DNA from: Podospora anserina
Taxonomy: Eukaryota
Assembly: GCA_017654855.1 (NCBI GenBank)
Contig: CM030338.1
Span: forward strand, 3,348,001 to 3,412,000
Direction of reading: 5' to 3'
DNA: 64,000 nucleotides
A program made the translations under genes and the position numbers. Under the pieces are notes generated by a model. The model was given only the letters and a program-made list of their open reading frames with translations, had not been told where the DNA came from and did no database searches. Positions 13,141-25,253 of this stretch are shown here, one piece after another (the stretch's first letter is position 1; each line of letters opens with the position of its first letter).

Positions 13141-13460
13141 CTTTGGGTGGTGAAATAGCACCGGAAGATCTTAAGAGACCAAATCTAGTGCTCAAGACAG
13201 AGACAACAGTGGGAGAGGGTTGGATCCCCTATTCGTCCCAGCGTGCCCAGTCATTATATGAACCCTAACCCTATCTCAGATGAAGTTCAAAAGGCAAAAC
13301 CTTGGATGAACTTTCGGTGACTCAAGAACACAAGTGAGATGGCAACCTGAGATATTACACACAAAGAACCAAGGGAAATCCGATCCAGGCTCAGGATTCG
13401 GCAGTTCAACTCATTTGAAACGATTTATTTCGACTTACAAACCGCAGTCCCCCGTGAAGA

Positions 13461-14736
13461 ATGACGTCGAACTCGACAGCGGGGTCATCACCCCAGTTCT
13501 GTACAAAATGCCGTACTCAGGAGGCTACGCACGACCAGAGAAGTCACGCTGTATGCGTGTAAGTATTTTTTTCTCTCTTCACAAAACCGTTTTGATCAAA
13601 CACTAACCACCCCCCCCCCCAGAGACTGCTTCACAAAATTCATCAACACCAAATCCGTCAAACAGCTCGGCATTCTAGGCAAAGAGACCAAACCCCCCAT
13701 CATCCCCAACCCATCCGGCTCCGGCCCTCCCCAAATCGGCACCCGTCGCTACCTCCTCGGCCTCTCCCTGGGCGTCTCCTCCACCTGCCTCCTCCAGCTC
13801 CTCCACGAAAACTGCCAGTTCCAACTCTCAAAAGGCCGGCCAGCCCCCTTTGAGCTAACAGTCGTCCACATCTACAACGACACCTTCACCACCCCCTCCA
13901 CCGCCGAATCTTTCCTCCTTCCACACAAAAACCGCTACCCAACATTCACCTTCCTCTCCCACCCTCTATCATCCTCCCTCACCCTCCCCTCGATAGACTG
14001 GCCCTCTTTTCTCTCCGCCCTATCCCTCCCCCCATCCCCAGTCCCCACCTTACCAACCCTCCTCTCCTCCCTGCCCCCCTCCCAAGCCTCCCAATCAGAC
14101 ATTATCAGCCTCCTAACCCGCCACATCCTCCTCTCCCTCACCCTCTCCACCTCCAGCCAGGCCCTCCTGTTAGGGCACAGCACCACCGCCATCGCCGAAC
14201 TAACCCTCTCCCAAACCACCAAGGGCCGCGGCTTCTCCCTCCCCTGGACAATAAACGACGGCCTCCTCTCCCTTCCCAATCTCTCCCAACCCGTTTTGGT
14301 GTTCCACCCCCTCCGGGACATCCTCCGCAAGGAACTAGTCGAGTTCACCAAGCTCACCTCCCCGCCTTTGACGGGACTGATCCCTGACGTGGAAAAGAGC
14401 AACAACCCTGAGGCTCATCAGGTGCTGAACCACAAGGATTTGAGCATCGAGGAGGTCATGACGAGGTATTTTGCCGATGTGGAGAGGAGTTACCCCAGTG
14501 TGGTTGCCAATGTTGCTAGGACGAGCGCGAGGTTGGTGAGGATATTTGATGAGGACAGAAAGGGGTGTGGGCTTTGTGGGATGCCGATGGATGGGGAGGG
14601 GGATGAGAGGTGGAGAGGGGAGCTGGGGGAGGGGGATGTGGGCGATGAGGAGGGGGAGACGGAGGAGGGGGAGAGACGGAGGAGAGAGGGGAGGAGGTGG
14701 TTGTGTTATGGGTGTCAGAGGAGTGCTTTGGGGTAG
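13461..14736 (+). CDS. NCS2: Cytoplasmic tRNA 2-thiolation protein 2 (Ctu2/Ncs2)
   Basis: N-terminal CTKC...AVCVDCF across intron 13559-13622, degenerate PP-loop LLGLSLGVSS, FHPLRDILRKEL, YPSVVANVART, C-terminal CGLC and LCYGC. Confidence 0.88.
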
Positions 14737-14962
14737 GGTACTTGTTCAGTCACCAGATATGGAAGGAGAGAAAAAAGCATCAGTAGAATGAGATCAAAAA
14801 AAGCACCAGTAAAATGAGATCGCTGGTTGGCACGATCTCTGGTCATCTTTTCCCCGTCCATCCGTCCCCTTTTGTCTATATCTTATGTACACAATCGCTT
14901 TTGTATAGAGAGATTGCCACCCCCCAATCCCCCCAGTCCATATCCACACACAATGGTATCAT

Positions 14963-15063
<101 letters not shown>

Positions 15064-15428
15064 CGCCATGATTACCCCCACCAAACTTTGACAAGTGTAT
15101 CAACGCAAAACCCCGCTCTCCGCTCTATCCCTGACGCCCAAAGGGCAGACAGGATCAAAAACACAGCAAATATCCTCCAGCCCAGCCAAGATTCCAGAAA
15201 TCCCAAAGACGACGGGGGGATTGATCCATGAGGGGCGTCGAGTGTAAAAATGTCTTCATTTTTCAAAAAAGTCACACCACCGCCCATCCATAAACAACCA
15301 ACCCATTGAAGGAAAGCTCGCCCACCCCAAAAAACAAAGCCGAAAAGATATAAACGCCGTATCTAATGCGGGAAAGAAAAAGAGAAAAAAAAAGCAGAAA
15401 CAGGATGTAAGCGCTAAGTTCATGCCGT

Positions 15429-16507
15429 CTAAATCGATTGTGTTTCTGGTGGCGAGAGGATCCTCTCCTCGAGCTTCTTCATCAACTTGTTGGTCTGCTC
15501 GGCCAAGCTGAGCGTCAGGATGGTGTGCGGCAGGATCCTGGCCAGATGTGGGAACACGCCCTTGTAGATGGCGAAGAAGCCCTCCGTCTTGATCGTCTTG
15601 GCCAGGCAGTCAAAGACGCCCTTGTAGAGGTTGCCATTCTGGTTGTAGAGGCGGGACATGATTGTGTCTGTGTCGAATCTCATAGTCAGCATTGGCTTTG
15701 CAAGGGGGAGATCTGCAAAGGGGGCGGAAAAAAATACCAGGAGGATGCATAACAACACAAACCACAAACCCACTAGCCGTACTGCTCGCCAGATGCAGCG
15801 GCGCCCCCTCCTCCATCCCAAGGTGCTTCTGCAACCTCCTCTTTGCGAAAAAGTACGTAGGCAGCTGCACCGAGCTCCCAAACCCCGTCCTGATCATCGC
15901 CGCCCCAACACCCCTATACAACCCCCTCACCCCCTCCGCCCTGAAAATCTGGCTCAACCCATCCAGCGCATTCCTGTACCGATGCTGCGTCCCCACCGGC
16001 AAAAAAGGCGAGAAGCTCTGCAGCCTCGTCTTGACCAGAAAGAACGGGCTCCCCGCCGCGGCGCCCATGATGCCAGACGCCGCGCCGCAAAACATGTTGA
16101 TGCCCAGGTTCTGCTTGGCCGCGTCGTTGAGCATCAGCTTCGCCAGCCCGGCGCGCATGGGCTCGTAGAAGCCTAGCCGGCAGCCGTTGAGGAGGACCTG
16201 GTAGATGTAGGCGCACCCGATGCCGCGGTAGATGCCCCGGATGCCTTCGTTTCGGACAATGACAGAGACGCCGTGGAGGGGGCCGCGGTAGTGGTGAGGT
16301 TGGTGGCCTTTGGTCTGGAGCTCGCCCTGGAGCTGCATGCGGATCTTGACTGTTTCGAAGGGGTGGGTGGCCGTTACGGCTCCGCAGGCGGCGATTCCGC
16401 CTGCTATGAAGGCGCTTTAGGACGGGAGGGGACATGTTAGAGCTCTCTTTCTCTCTTGTGAGGTAGGTATGTGTATGACGGAAAACCTACCCAGCTGTTG
16501 TCGACAT
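15429..16507 (-). CDS. OAC1: Mitochondrial oxaloacetate/sulfate carrier
   Basis: MSTTAG/AFIAGGIAACGAVTATHPFETVKIRMQLQGEL. Carrier signature repeats SPFFLVKTRLQ and HPPDTIMSRLYNQ. Introns 16490-16415 and 15737-15668. Confidence 0.92.
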
Positions 16508-16980
16508 TGTGCAAGCGAGTAGTGTTGGGCTATCTTCTTTTGTGCAGAAGCTCTACGAAGTGTTGTCTGACAACAAGTTTGACCGAAGGGTAGTGGTGCT
16601 TGGTTCGCGGTTATAATTATTTCACGGCTTGAAGCGGCCAGCGAACCTGGTAAGAACCAATGCCGGGTCTGGTGCCGGTTGTCGGAGCCCAAATACTTCT
16701 CGGTGCTGCGATTCCTTAGGGAAGGGGGGACGCGGGTCTAACGAGGGTCGAGGTCCCCGGGTGGCAGCACCACTCTCTCTTCAACTTCACGATAGGTACA
16801 AAAAGGTCGCGGGTAGGCTTGGGATGTCGGGAAAAAGAGTAAATAGAGATAGACTGATACTAGGACCTTTGAAAAACGGGCGGGTGAAACAATGCGGACT
16901 AGGATAGTGAGAGGACCGCTTATACCCGGAACATCGTCTGGACTCACACGCTGACTCGATTATGGTTAAACTGGGACTGC

Positions 16981-17012
16981 GTGTCACTGTGTCACTGTGT
17001 CACCGTGTCACG
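16981..17012. repeat. Four tandem copies of the 8-mer GTGTCACN in the divergent OAC1/SWD2 promoter region
   Basis: gtgtcact gtgtcact gtgtcacc gtgtcacg. Confidence 0.85.
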
Positions 17013-17567
17013 CAATGCTGGTGGGGGTTTCAACTGGGAAGGTACAGCTGTACCTATCCCGGCAGCTCGCCCCGAGTACCGGGATGACCGGCGAGATGGG
17101 AAAACTGCGGAGTCGGAGCTCAACAGGAAGGGATTTCGCGGGATTTGTTCCTCGCTGTCAGTCTTCGCGATGCAGGGTCAAAGACTTGGGAGCTCCGGCT
17201 TTCGGGGAGGGTTGGTGGGCGGGTGGACGGCTGTCGGACGGTTTGATCTGGGGAACTGGGAACCCTGGCCTTTGACAGGTGTGGATCTCAGGGCCGCTTG
17301 CGGTGTGGGGAAGAGATGGACGTTCGGTACTCCGGGTTAGGGTTTCTCCAGGACTGATTGGCCAATGCTTGCAGGTGCACAAGCCCGCTGCCAGCCGGTC
17401 AGACACTCACCGCCTTTATTTTGACCGCCTGGCAGAAACCGGGCAGTTGGTGGGGCCCATTTGTCGTGCTCAACTGCGGCCGTGTTTCTGTACTCGGTCA
17501 GCCATCAAAACATCAGTTTGCATACTCGACTTTACGTCGCGTTCGCTACATCCAAACATATTTCACC

Positions 17568-18738
17568 ATGGCGCCCGTACCGATGGACCTCGACGACGCG
17601 TCTCCTGCCTTGCGGGGTTTAGGTGGTGTGAATGGCCCTCCCACTGCACCAGTCACCGAGGTGATTGCAAACTTCAGGCCAACCAAGCTGTTCAATCGTG
17701 AAGACATCGAGGACAACAAGTCGAATCCTTACATTCTCTCGATCGATTTCGACGACCCGGGTGAGCTTTGCATGACCTCTGAGAGCGATAGGACGATTCA
17801 GATCTACAATGTCAAAGAGGGTCGACATGACAAGATGCTCATCAGCAAGAAGTATGGTGTGAAGCTTGCCAAGTTCACCCACACAAGTTCAAGTGTCATT
17901 TACGCCAGTACTCGCGAAAATGGTGGGAATCACTGCCGCCAGACTACCCAATGGCTTCTAACAAGTGAGAACAGACGCGATCAGATATCTCGCAACCCAC
18001 GACAGCTCCTTCATCCGCTACTTTGACGGCCACGAAGGCGCCGTGACCTGTCTCGCCATGCACCCGGGCACCGACAACTTTATCTCCTGCAGCCTTGACA
18101 ACACGGTTAGGTTATGGAACACCCAAACCAAGAACTGGACTGGTACACTCTATCTCAACACCCCCTACCTGTCGGCGTGGGACCCGTCGGGCCAGGTGTT
18201 CGCGGTTGCTAGTCCTAGCAGCGGAAGCATTCTCCTCTACGACTATCGCAACTACCATAAAGCGCCGTTCTCGACGTTCGACCTCGTCAAAGCCAGAGGG
18301 CCCGCCGATCCAGAAATGGCTTTTAGGGGATGGACGAAGCTGGAGTTCTCCAACGACGGGAAGCACATCCTTCTTGGGTCGCGAGGCAACGGCCATTTCC
18401 TGCTGGACTCGTTTGACGGCAGCCTCAAAGCCTTCCTCAGGAAGCCGAACGGTGGTACAAAACGGCTTGCCGCCGGCGAGAACGACGGCGGACACGTGGA
18501 AAGCAGCGGCGAGTGCTGCTTCACCCCTGACGGTCGTTATGTCTTGAGCGGTGGAAAATCAGACTTGTTGATCTGGGACACGCTCATGACACCAGACTCG
18601 AAGCAAGTCTTGGAGCCGGCGCATATTTTGGAAGAGAAGAGAGAGGCAGCCGTGGTGGCGTACAACCCGCGGTACAACATGATTGCGACGGCAGACCAGG
18701 AGCTGCTGTTTTGGCTTCCAGACCCCCCCAATTCGTAG
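17568..18738 (+). CDS. SWD2: WD40 subunit of COMPASS/CPF (Swd2/WDR82)
   Basis: SKKYGVKLAKFTH, DAIRYLATHDSSFIRYFDGH, LEFSNDGKHILL, FTPDGRYVLSG. One intron at about 17923-17974. Confidence 0.92.
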
Positions 18739-19278
18739 AAAGAAAAGTATGGGGTGAAGTCGGCAGACGAGTATTTCTTATGGCAGGACAAGATTCTTGG
18801 GACGACAATGTTCCAGAGGATGGTTAGGGGCGTGCCATTTTTTATTTATTTTTTGGTTGTAAAGTAGCAGTTATGATACCCATGGGATATTTCGGGCGTA
18901 TTGGCGCGGGCAAAAAAGCTTTGTAGACAAAGGTAGTGTTGTTGAATAATTTGATTTGGGGTTATCTTTTGAGCATTATTTTTATTTATTGAGCTGCTGT
19001 GAGACGTCGATGCTGTTTGAAGTTAGGGGAAGAAAGCTCTCCAAGCGCCCCGCATTTTAGTCCAGCCAGCTTGGCCCCACCGGAAACTGTCGCTCAAGGT
19101 GTGGACATTCACCGATGACACCCAATTCTCGAAGCTTGCGACCTTGTTTGACCATTCAACCTTGACGACACGACCTCTCCCAGTCGCAGCGCGTGCGCAA
19201 ATTGATTTTTTCTGTCCCCATTTAACTTTTTTCACAAACTACGCGCTGCGAATCGAGTGTCAGAACAACACCGTCAAG

Positions 19279-19838
19279 ATGCCCTACTACTCCAAATCAG
19301 AAGACTGGCTGCATCACTCCTCCCTCTTGCTCGCCGCTCGACCTACCACCGTTTGTCTTCTCCCCCTCCCCTTTTTTCTTTCCTGTTTATTGTCCCAACT
19401 AATTTTGTGGTATGGCAGACAAGAATATCAACAAACTACCACCTCTCCCCCGCCCGCCGAACCCCCAAGTCTGCCACGCCCGAGCAGGTAGTTGAGGATG
19501 AGAAGAGGGGAAAGCGGGGACACTTGGTGATCACGACGTTTGATCCAAAGAGCGGGGTTAGTCTCAAGTACAAGACTAGCAAGGCGCAGGAGGTGGGGAG
19601 GTTGGTGCAGATGCTTGGAACGTTGGCGGGGAGGGCGGCTGGGAGGGAGGAAGAAAGGGGGGTGAAGAAGGAGGAGGGGGATGTGGAGATGGGGGAGGCG
19701 GCGGCGGACGGGGGAGCTGGGGAGGGACAGGGGAGTGGGATTGTTATGCCGGTTGTGGCTGCTGCTGAGAAGCAAGTACCGCAGGTGGGAGGGGCAGGTG
19801 GTGGTGGGGGGAAGAAGAAGAAGAAGGGGAAGAGGTAA
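19279..19838 (+). CDS. SRP21: Signal recognition particle Alu-domain protein SRP9/SRP21
   Basis: MPYYSKSEDWLHHSSLLLAARPTT/TRISTNY...LVITTFDPKSGVSLKYKTSKAQEVGRL, ending GGGKKKKKGKR. Intron 19351-19417. Confidence 0.88.
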
Positions 19839-19844
19839 TGGGTG

Positions 19845-19948
19845 GGGGGATGATGAGGGAAGGTAGGGGGATGATGAGGGAAGGTAGGGGGATGATGAGG
19901 GAAGGTAGGGGGATGATAAGGGTGGGTAGGTGGGATGATGAGGAAGGG
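19845..19948. repeat. 21-bp G-rich minisatellite (GGGGGATGATGAGGGAAGGTA), 3 perfect plus 2 degenerate copies
   Basis: Directly visible just after the SRP21 stop codon. Confidence 0.9.
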
Positions 19949-20694
19949 AACGTCAAGAGGTAACCGCAGAGTCGAAATCATCAAATATAATAAAGAAATC
20001 AGCCCAAGAGTTTCCAAAGGGCCACACAAGACGGTTGAACGCGCGTGATTGTTGGAAATGGGAAGCATTCGTTAAAGGCGCAGGGTGCGAGCGGGAGAGG
20101 ACTATCAAGATTTCCAGACAAAATGGGCAGCATCAAGTCGTGGACAACATGGGTGAACGCCAGTCTTTCCCACACGACAACAAATGGCATAGTAACAACC
20201 GAGACATCAAAACTGGACACAATCACATTCGACACCAAGATGTTTCATGCGAGGAACAAACAGTGCAGTGTAATCCCTTCACTAGATGAGGTCCTACTCA
20301 TACAATCCCATACTACTTATGTATGTCTCTTTCCTTCCCAAATATCCCACCTCATACTCAAGAGGCATCCATCATCCATCCCTAAAAGAACCCATTTCGT
20401 TCTTTGTTTTGCGCGTTCAGCAAAAACAAAACTCCAGACGCCTTTCAATGATGTGGAAATCCACGCCTGCCTACCGTAACCCGTAATAAAAAAGTCTTTG
20501 TTGTACATGACCTTCAGGGGATTACTATCCAACATACAAGATTTGTCCGCCCGCTCCGCCTGTATGACGTTATCCTTCTGTCTATACCAGAAGTTTATGA
20601 AAAGAAGAAAAAAAGAAATGCGTGAGGGGGTATTAGTCGTTATAAAAAGACAAAAAGAGCAGAGAAATCAGCAGCAGCGCAAATGACAAGACGC

Positions 20695-22062
20695 TCAAAA
20701 GTCCTCGTCAAAGGCAAAGTCGCCGCCGTTCTCGTTCTTGCTCTCCTCAGCAGACTCCTCAAACTTCTTGGTGCTGTTCATGACACCGGCCTTCTGGTAC
20801 TCGCCGACACGCTTCTCGAAGAAGTTGGTCTTGCCGCCGAGGGAGATGTTCTCCATGAAGTCGAAGGGGTTGGTGGAGCGGTAGATCTTGTCGTTGCCGA
20901 GGGCGACAAGGAGACGGTCAGCGACGAACTCGATGTACTGCTTCATGAGGTTCGAGTTCATGCCGAGCAGGGCGCAGGGAAGAGCCTCGGTGAGGAACTC
21001 CTGCTCAATGGTGACGGCATCGCGGATGATGTCCTCGACGAGCTGCTTGCTGGGTCTGTTGTTGAGGTGAGAGAACAGAAGGCAGGCAAAGTCGGTGTGG
21101 AGACCCTCATCACGGGAGATGAGCTCATTGGAGAAGGTGAGACCAGGCATGAGGCCGCGCTTCTTGAGCCAGAATATGGAGGCGAAAGCACCACTGAAGA
21201 AGATACCCTCAACAGCAGCGAAGGCAACAAGGCGCTGGGCGAAGGAGGCATCCTTGTCGGAAATCCACCGAAGGGCCCAGTCGGCCTTCTTGCGGATGCA
21301 GGGAATGGTGTCGATGGCATTGAAGAGGTAGGTGCGCTGAGATGGCTCCTTGATGTAGGTATCAATGAGAAGGGAGTAGGTCTCGGAGTGGATGTTCTCC
21401 ATCATGATCTGGAAGCCGTAGAAGCAGCGGGCCTCGGGAATCTGGACCTCGGCGCTGAAACGCTCGACAAGGTTCTCATTGACAATACCATCGGAGGCGG
21501 CGAAGAAGGCGAGGATGTGGGAGATGAAGAACTTCTCGTCATCGTTGAGCTTGTTGCTCCAGTCGTGGAGATCCTTGGAGAGATCGATCTCCTCAGCAGT
21601 CCAGAAGGAAGCCTCGGCCTTCTTGTACATTTGCCAGACCTGTAAGGGTTTTAATTAGTACGCGTGATCCAACTTGAGAACGCGTCAAAGTCGCGTCACA
21701 TACCTCATGGTACTTGATGGGGAACAAGACGAAGCGCTGAGGGTTCTCGGTGAGGAGCGGCTCATCGAGGAGCTCTTGCTTTGGTTCTGGGGCAGCGACT
21801 GTCTTGATCTCCTCCTTCTTGTTCTCAAACTTGGCATCCATCTCGGCCTCGAGGGTGGTGAGGTCGGCATCGAAGGGCTTGTTTTCCTTGTCGGATGGGG
21901 CAAAGTTGAGCTTCTTGACGGGAGACTCCATCTTGAAGGCGTCAATGGCGGAAGCAGCCTGCAAAAGTAAAGGATGTTAGCTTTGTGGACGCGTAAAGTA
22001 GCCGACGCGCGGAAAGGTAGCTAGCTACTGACCTGCTTGGAAGGTGTGATTTCGGCGGCCAT
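20695..22062 (-). CDS. RNR2: Ribonucleotide reductase small subunit
   Basis: [67 protein letters not shown], ending FDEDF. Introns 22032-21959 and 21703-21640. Confidence 0.97.
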
Positions 22063-22832
22063 TGTGAAGATAGTTGAGGGCTGAAAGATGGGAGGTGCAA
22101 AGGCCACAAGAAGAAGAAATAGCAAAGGCAATTGCTGAGTGACGACTGTGGCGGGATTGGGAGAGTTGTTGTGAGTGTAGACAAAGAGAATTTCTCAAGC
22201 AAAATATGGGCGTCGCGAATTCTCTTAAATGCTGCACGTCGGGACGCGGCCCACTTTACTTAATCTGCACGGCAGGGATACGCGTCGACACGCCTGTAGT
22301 CTCTTTCCAGTGGGCCCAGGCTCTTTGTGCGGCGTCACTGATGCCCTCCATCAACACCAGCCTCTCATTTGGTTGTTCCAAGAGGGGCATCACCGGGCAA
22401 TCCCACCAGTCCCTTGCTCCCTGTTCCTAGTCGGCCCTCTCGCTCTTATCAGATCCATCATCAGCCGCGCCATTTAATGCCTGTTCCAGCGGCCTTTTGG
22501 GTGAGCGTTTGTTAGAGTTTATTTATTCGGATGCACGTTGCAACAATTTCACCATGGACCCCACCATGACACACTCGGGCCCATCCTGCCTGGAACTGAA
22601 CCAGCTGGGCTTCCACTTCCAAGAATCCAAACACGCGAACTGTTCGCAGCTCCGACGGGTCCCGATCTGTCCTCCTAGAATCGGCCTACACTGCGGTTCC
22701 CCTGTTGCAACTTGCAAGACTTTGACCCATCCTGCTGTTGCCCCGTGAGCAGCCATGGACCTCTCTGGGCAGAGGTGGGGTTGAAAAGATTATCAGATGG
22801 GATCCTTGACCAGATCAAACTGGGAGACGCGT
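21660..22832. promoter_or_regulatory. Cluster of MCB (ACGCGT) elements in the RNR2 introns and upstream region
   Basis: ACGCGT at 21660, 21680, 21989, 22280 and 22827, plus CGCG-core variants near 21691, 22005, 22214, 22244 and 22837. Confidence 0.65.
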
Positions 22833-23130
22833 CAAATCGCGTCTCTCGCGGCTTCATTATTAATTGATTTTGACCCAGCCCTGTCCCCGGTCTTGGAACA
22901 TTGAGACCTTTTCTCGAAGAATACACATTCCCGCTGTCTAGCAGACGAGGAAAACTATTATTATTCAAATGCCCTTTGCCTCTGGGTATCCTGATGCAGT
23001 CTGTTTCCCAAAACTCCTCGCTCATGAAAAGCAACAAATGAAATATAAAAACACATCGCTTCAGCATTGCCCTCCTAGCACCATATCCAAGCGGCCCCTG
23101 ACACCTCCTGACGTCACCTGGGCAACTACA

Positions 23131-24035
23131 CTATCTCCGACCAGCCTTCCCACGATTGTCTCTGGGGTCCTGCTTTGGTGTAATCTGACGACCCGGAAGG
23201 CCTCCCCCGATCGGAGCTCGCGGTGGTGTAAGATTCCTCACGGGAGCTACCGGTGCACTTTGCAGGGCCACTGTCACGTCCCCTGTCTGCCGTCCAGAGC
23301 GTGCCGGCGTTACGGCGGCTGGAGTGGCAAGCGATGGCATCGTACCCGCTCTTGTGACACCGGTTTCGACATCCCGATCCCCCTCGGCCCCTGCAAGTTC
23401 GTCCGGCATCTCGACAATACTGCCCGTCTCTGGATCCTGAACGACACCAGCCTGGAGCGCCTTTGCCTTTTCCGTCAAGAAAGCGTCGAGCAGCCAGGCA
23501 TTCTTCGTGTTGGCTCGGTAGAATACGTCCGCGATGTCGCCAATGAGAGGGATAAAACCGATTGCCAGATCGAGCATGATGTTGGTGAACATCATGCCAT
23601 ACAGACGCTTGGGAAGACCACCATCGACCTTTGAGGCCTTCTTGATGAGAGCAAGAGCCATGAGGAAATCTGCAAAGTCGCCAATGCTACAGAACATTTG
23701 TTAGCCCATGTTTGGTCACACAGAGACAGCTGCTGATATACTTACACAGGAATCAAACCGATGATGGCGGACCAGCCGAACCGGATGGGGATGCAGCAAC
23801 AACTGAATCCCATGTCCCAACGATAGGCTCTTCGGCGGATCTTTCTGAGAATCTTGGCGTCATTCTTGGAAAGCCCTTGGGGAATAGGTCTCTCCTGAGT
23901 CTTGTACTTTGCGACCTTGCCGTTCTTGTAGACCGGGACTTTTTCGAGGTAAGGGTTCTCCGAGTTGGTATTTGTCTTGTCCTTCCCCAGTTTCTTGAGA
24001 GCCTTCTTCTCCAGGATTTTGATGGCCACGTTCAT
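23131..24035 (-). CDS. DUF4112-family membrane protein
   Basis: RRAYRWD...IRFGWSAIIGLIPV/IGDFAD...MFTNIMLDLAIGFIPLIGDIADVFYRANTKNAWLL. Intron 23745-23687. Confidence 0.85.
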
Positions 24036-25253
24036 GGTGATTTGCGGTGATCGATGTCGATCAAAAAAAAAATAAAAAACTCAAAAGAATGTATATGAAA
24101 TAAAAGAATGGAAACAAAACACACAGAGCACGAGAAACACAGAAAAAAACAGAGGCCGAGAGTTGATATAAAAGTCGACGCTTTGTTGCGGGCTCCGGCG
24201 GCTGTCAAGTTGGCCTCCGGCTGGTTGTAAGTGAGGTATTGGTCACGGCAGGCTCTTTGTCGGTTTCAGGTTCGCGCTTGTCAGACCCAAGTTGGAAACA
24301 CTTTTGGCGCCAGAGTCAACGAACCAGAGGGTCGGATGTTGGTCTGGTGTACTAGAGAGACAAGAAGCGACAAGGTCAAGTAAAAAAGCACCAGCTGGAC
24401 CGTGGCAGCTCCCGTCTTGCTTTATGTCTGCTGGCTGGCCCCATGGCTCAACATCTAGCCCGGTGCATCAAACGTCTTCTTTGTTTCCGCGTGATGACGT
24501 TCTTGGGCGACCTCCCTGCAGCTTCAAGGTGTAACCCCTGCTCAGCGTGCCCGTGTGGCGCGGGACTGCCACACACTTGTGTGTTGTGGTTGGCCTCTTC
24601 CAGATGCACCATCTTGTGCGGGGAGCGGGGCATTGCACCGCCACATCCGCTCCTGGCAGAAGCTTAACTGGAGCAGGATGTGGCGTTGAATCCCTGGACT
24701 GGTGGGGTGAATTGGGCTCTAGCCACAGTTGGGTTCTGCGAACATCTCCAGTCTGCGCCAGTGGAGACAAATCACTGCCGTCCACGTCTGCACACGTCTC
24801 TCCCCATCCCATTCAAGATTCCATGGTTGACCTGCCGATAGCGTTTGTCGACAGCTCCCGCCCAATTCGGCCACACACCTGAGCCTTTTCTCTCACCTGC
24901 CTATCACTGCTTTGCTTTGTATCTTTGCAAATTTTCTCTTGCTTGTCCAGTCTAGACTCTGAAGCGCACGCATTGCCTTGCGGTGGGGAAACTCTTACCT
25001 TTGCGATTTGGCGGTCCAAGCCTGAACCTGCCGAGCCAGTCCGCCAGCGAAGCCCTCGCCAAACAAACACAAATCGATCGACCAGAAACACAGACCACTT
25101 CCTTACCTCACTCCGTACCCGCAAACACCTCCGACCTAGAACCGCAAAGTAGTTCCCACGCAACCTGGACTGCCTTTTGCGCTGTTGCTGCCCTACAGAC
25201 GACCACCCCTCAGGAAACCAGGCTGTTGATATGCCACACCACAGCACACTGTC

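Noticed and set aside
20683-21645. 320-aa plus-strand ORF antisense to RNR2
   Set aside because: Shadow ORF caused by strong codon bias; it mirrors the RNR2 exon almost exactly.
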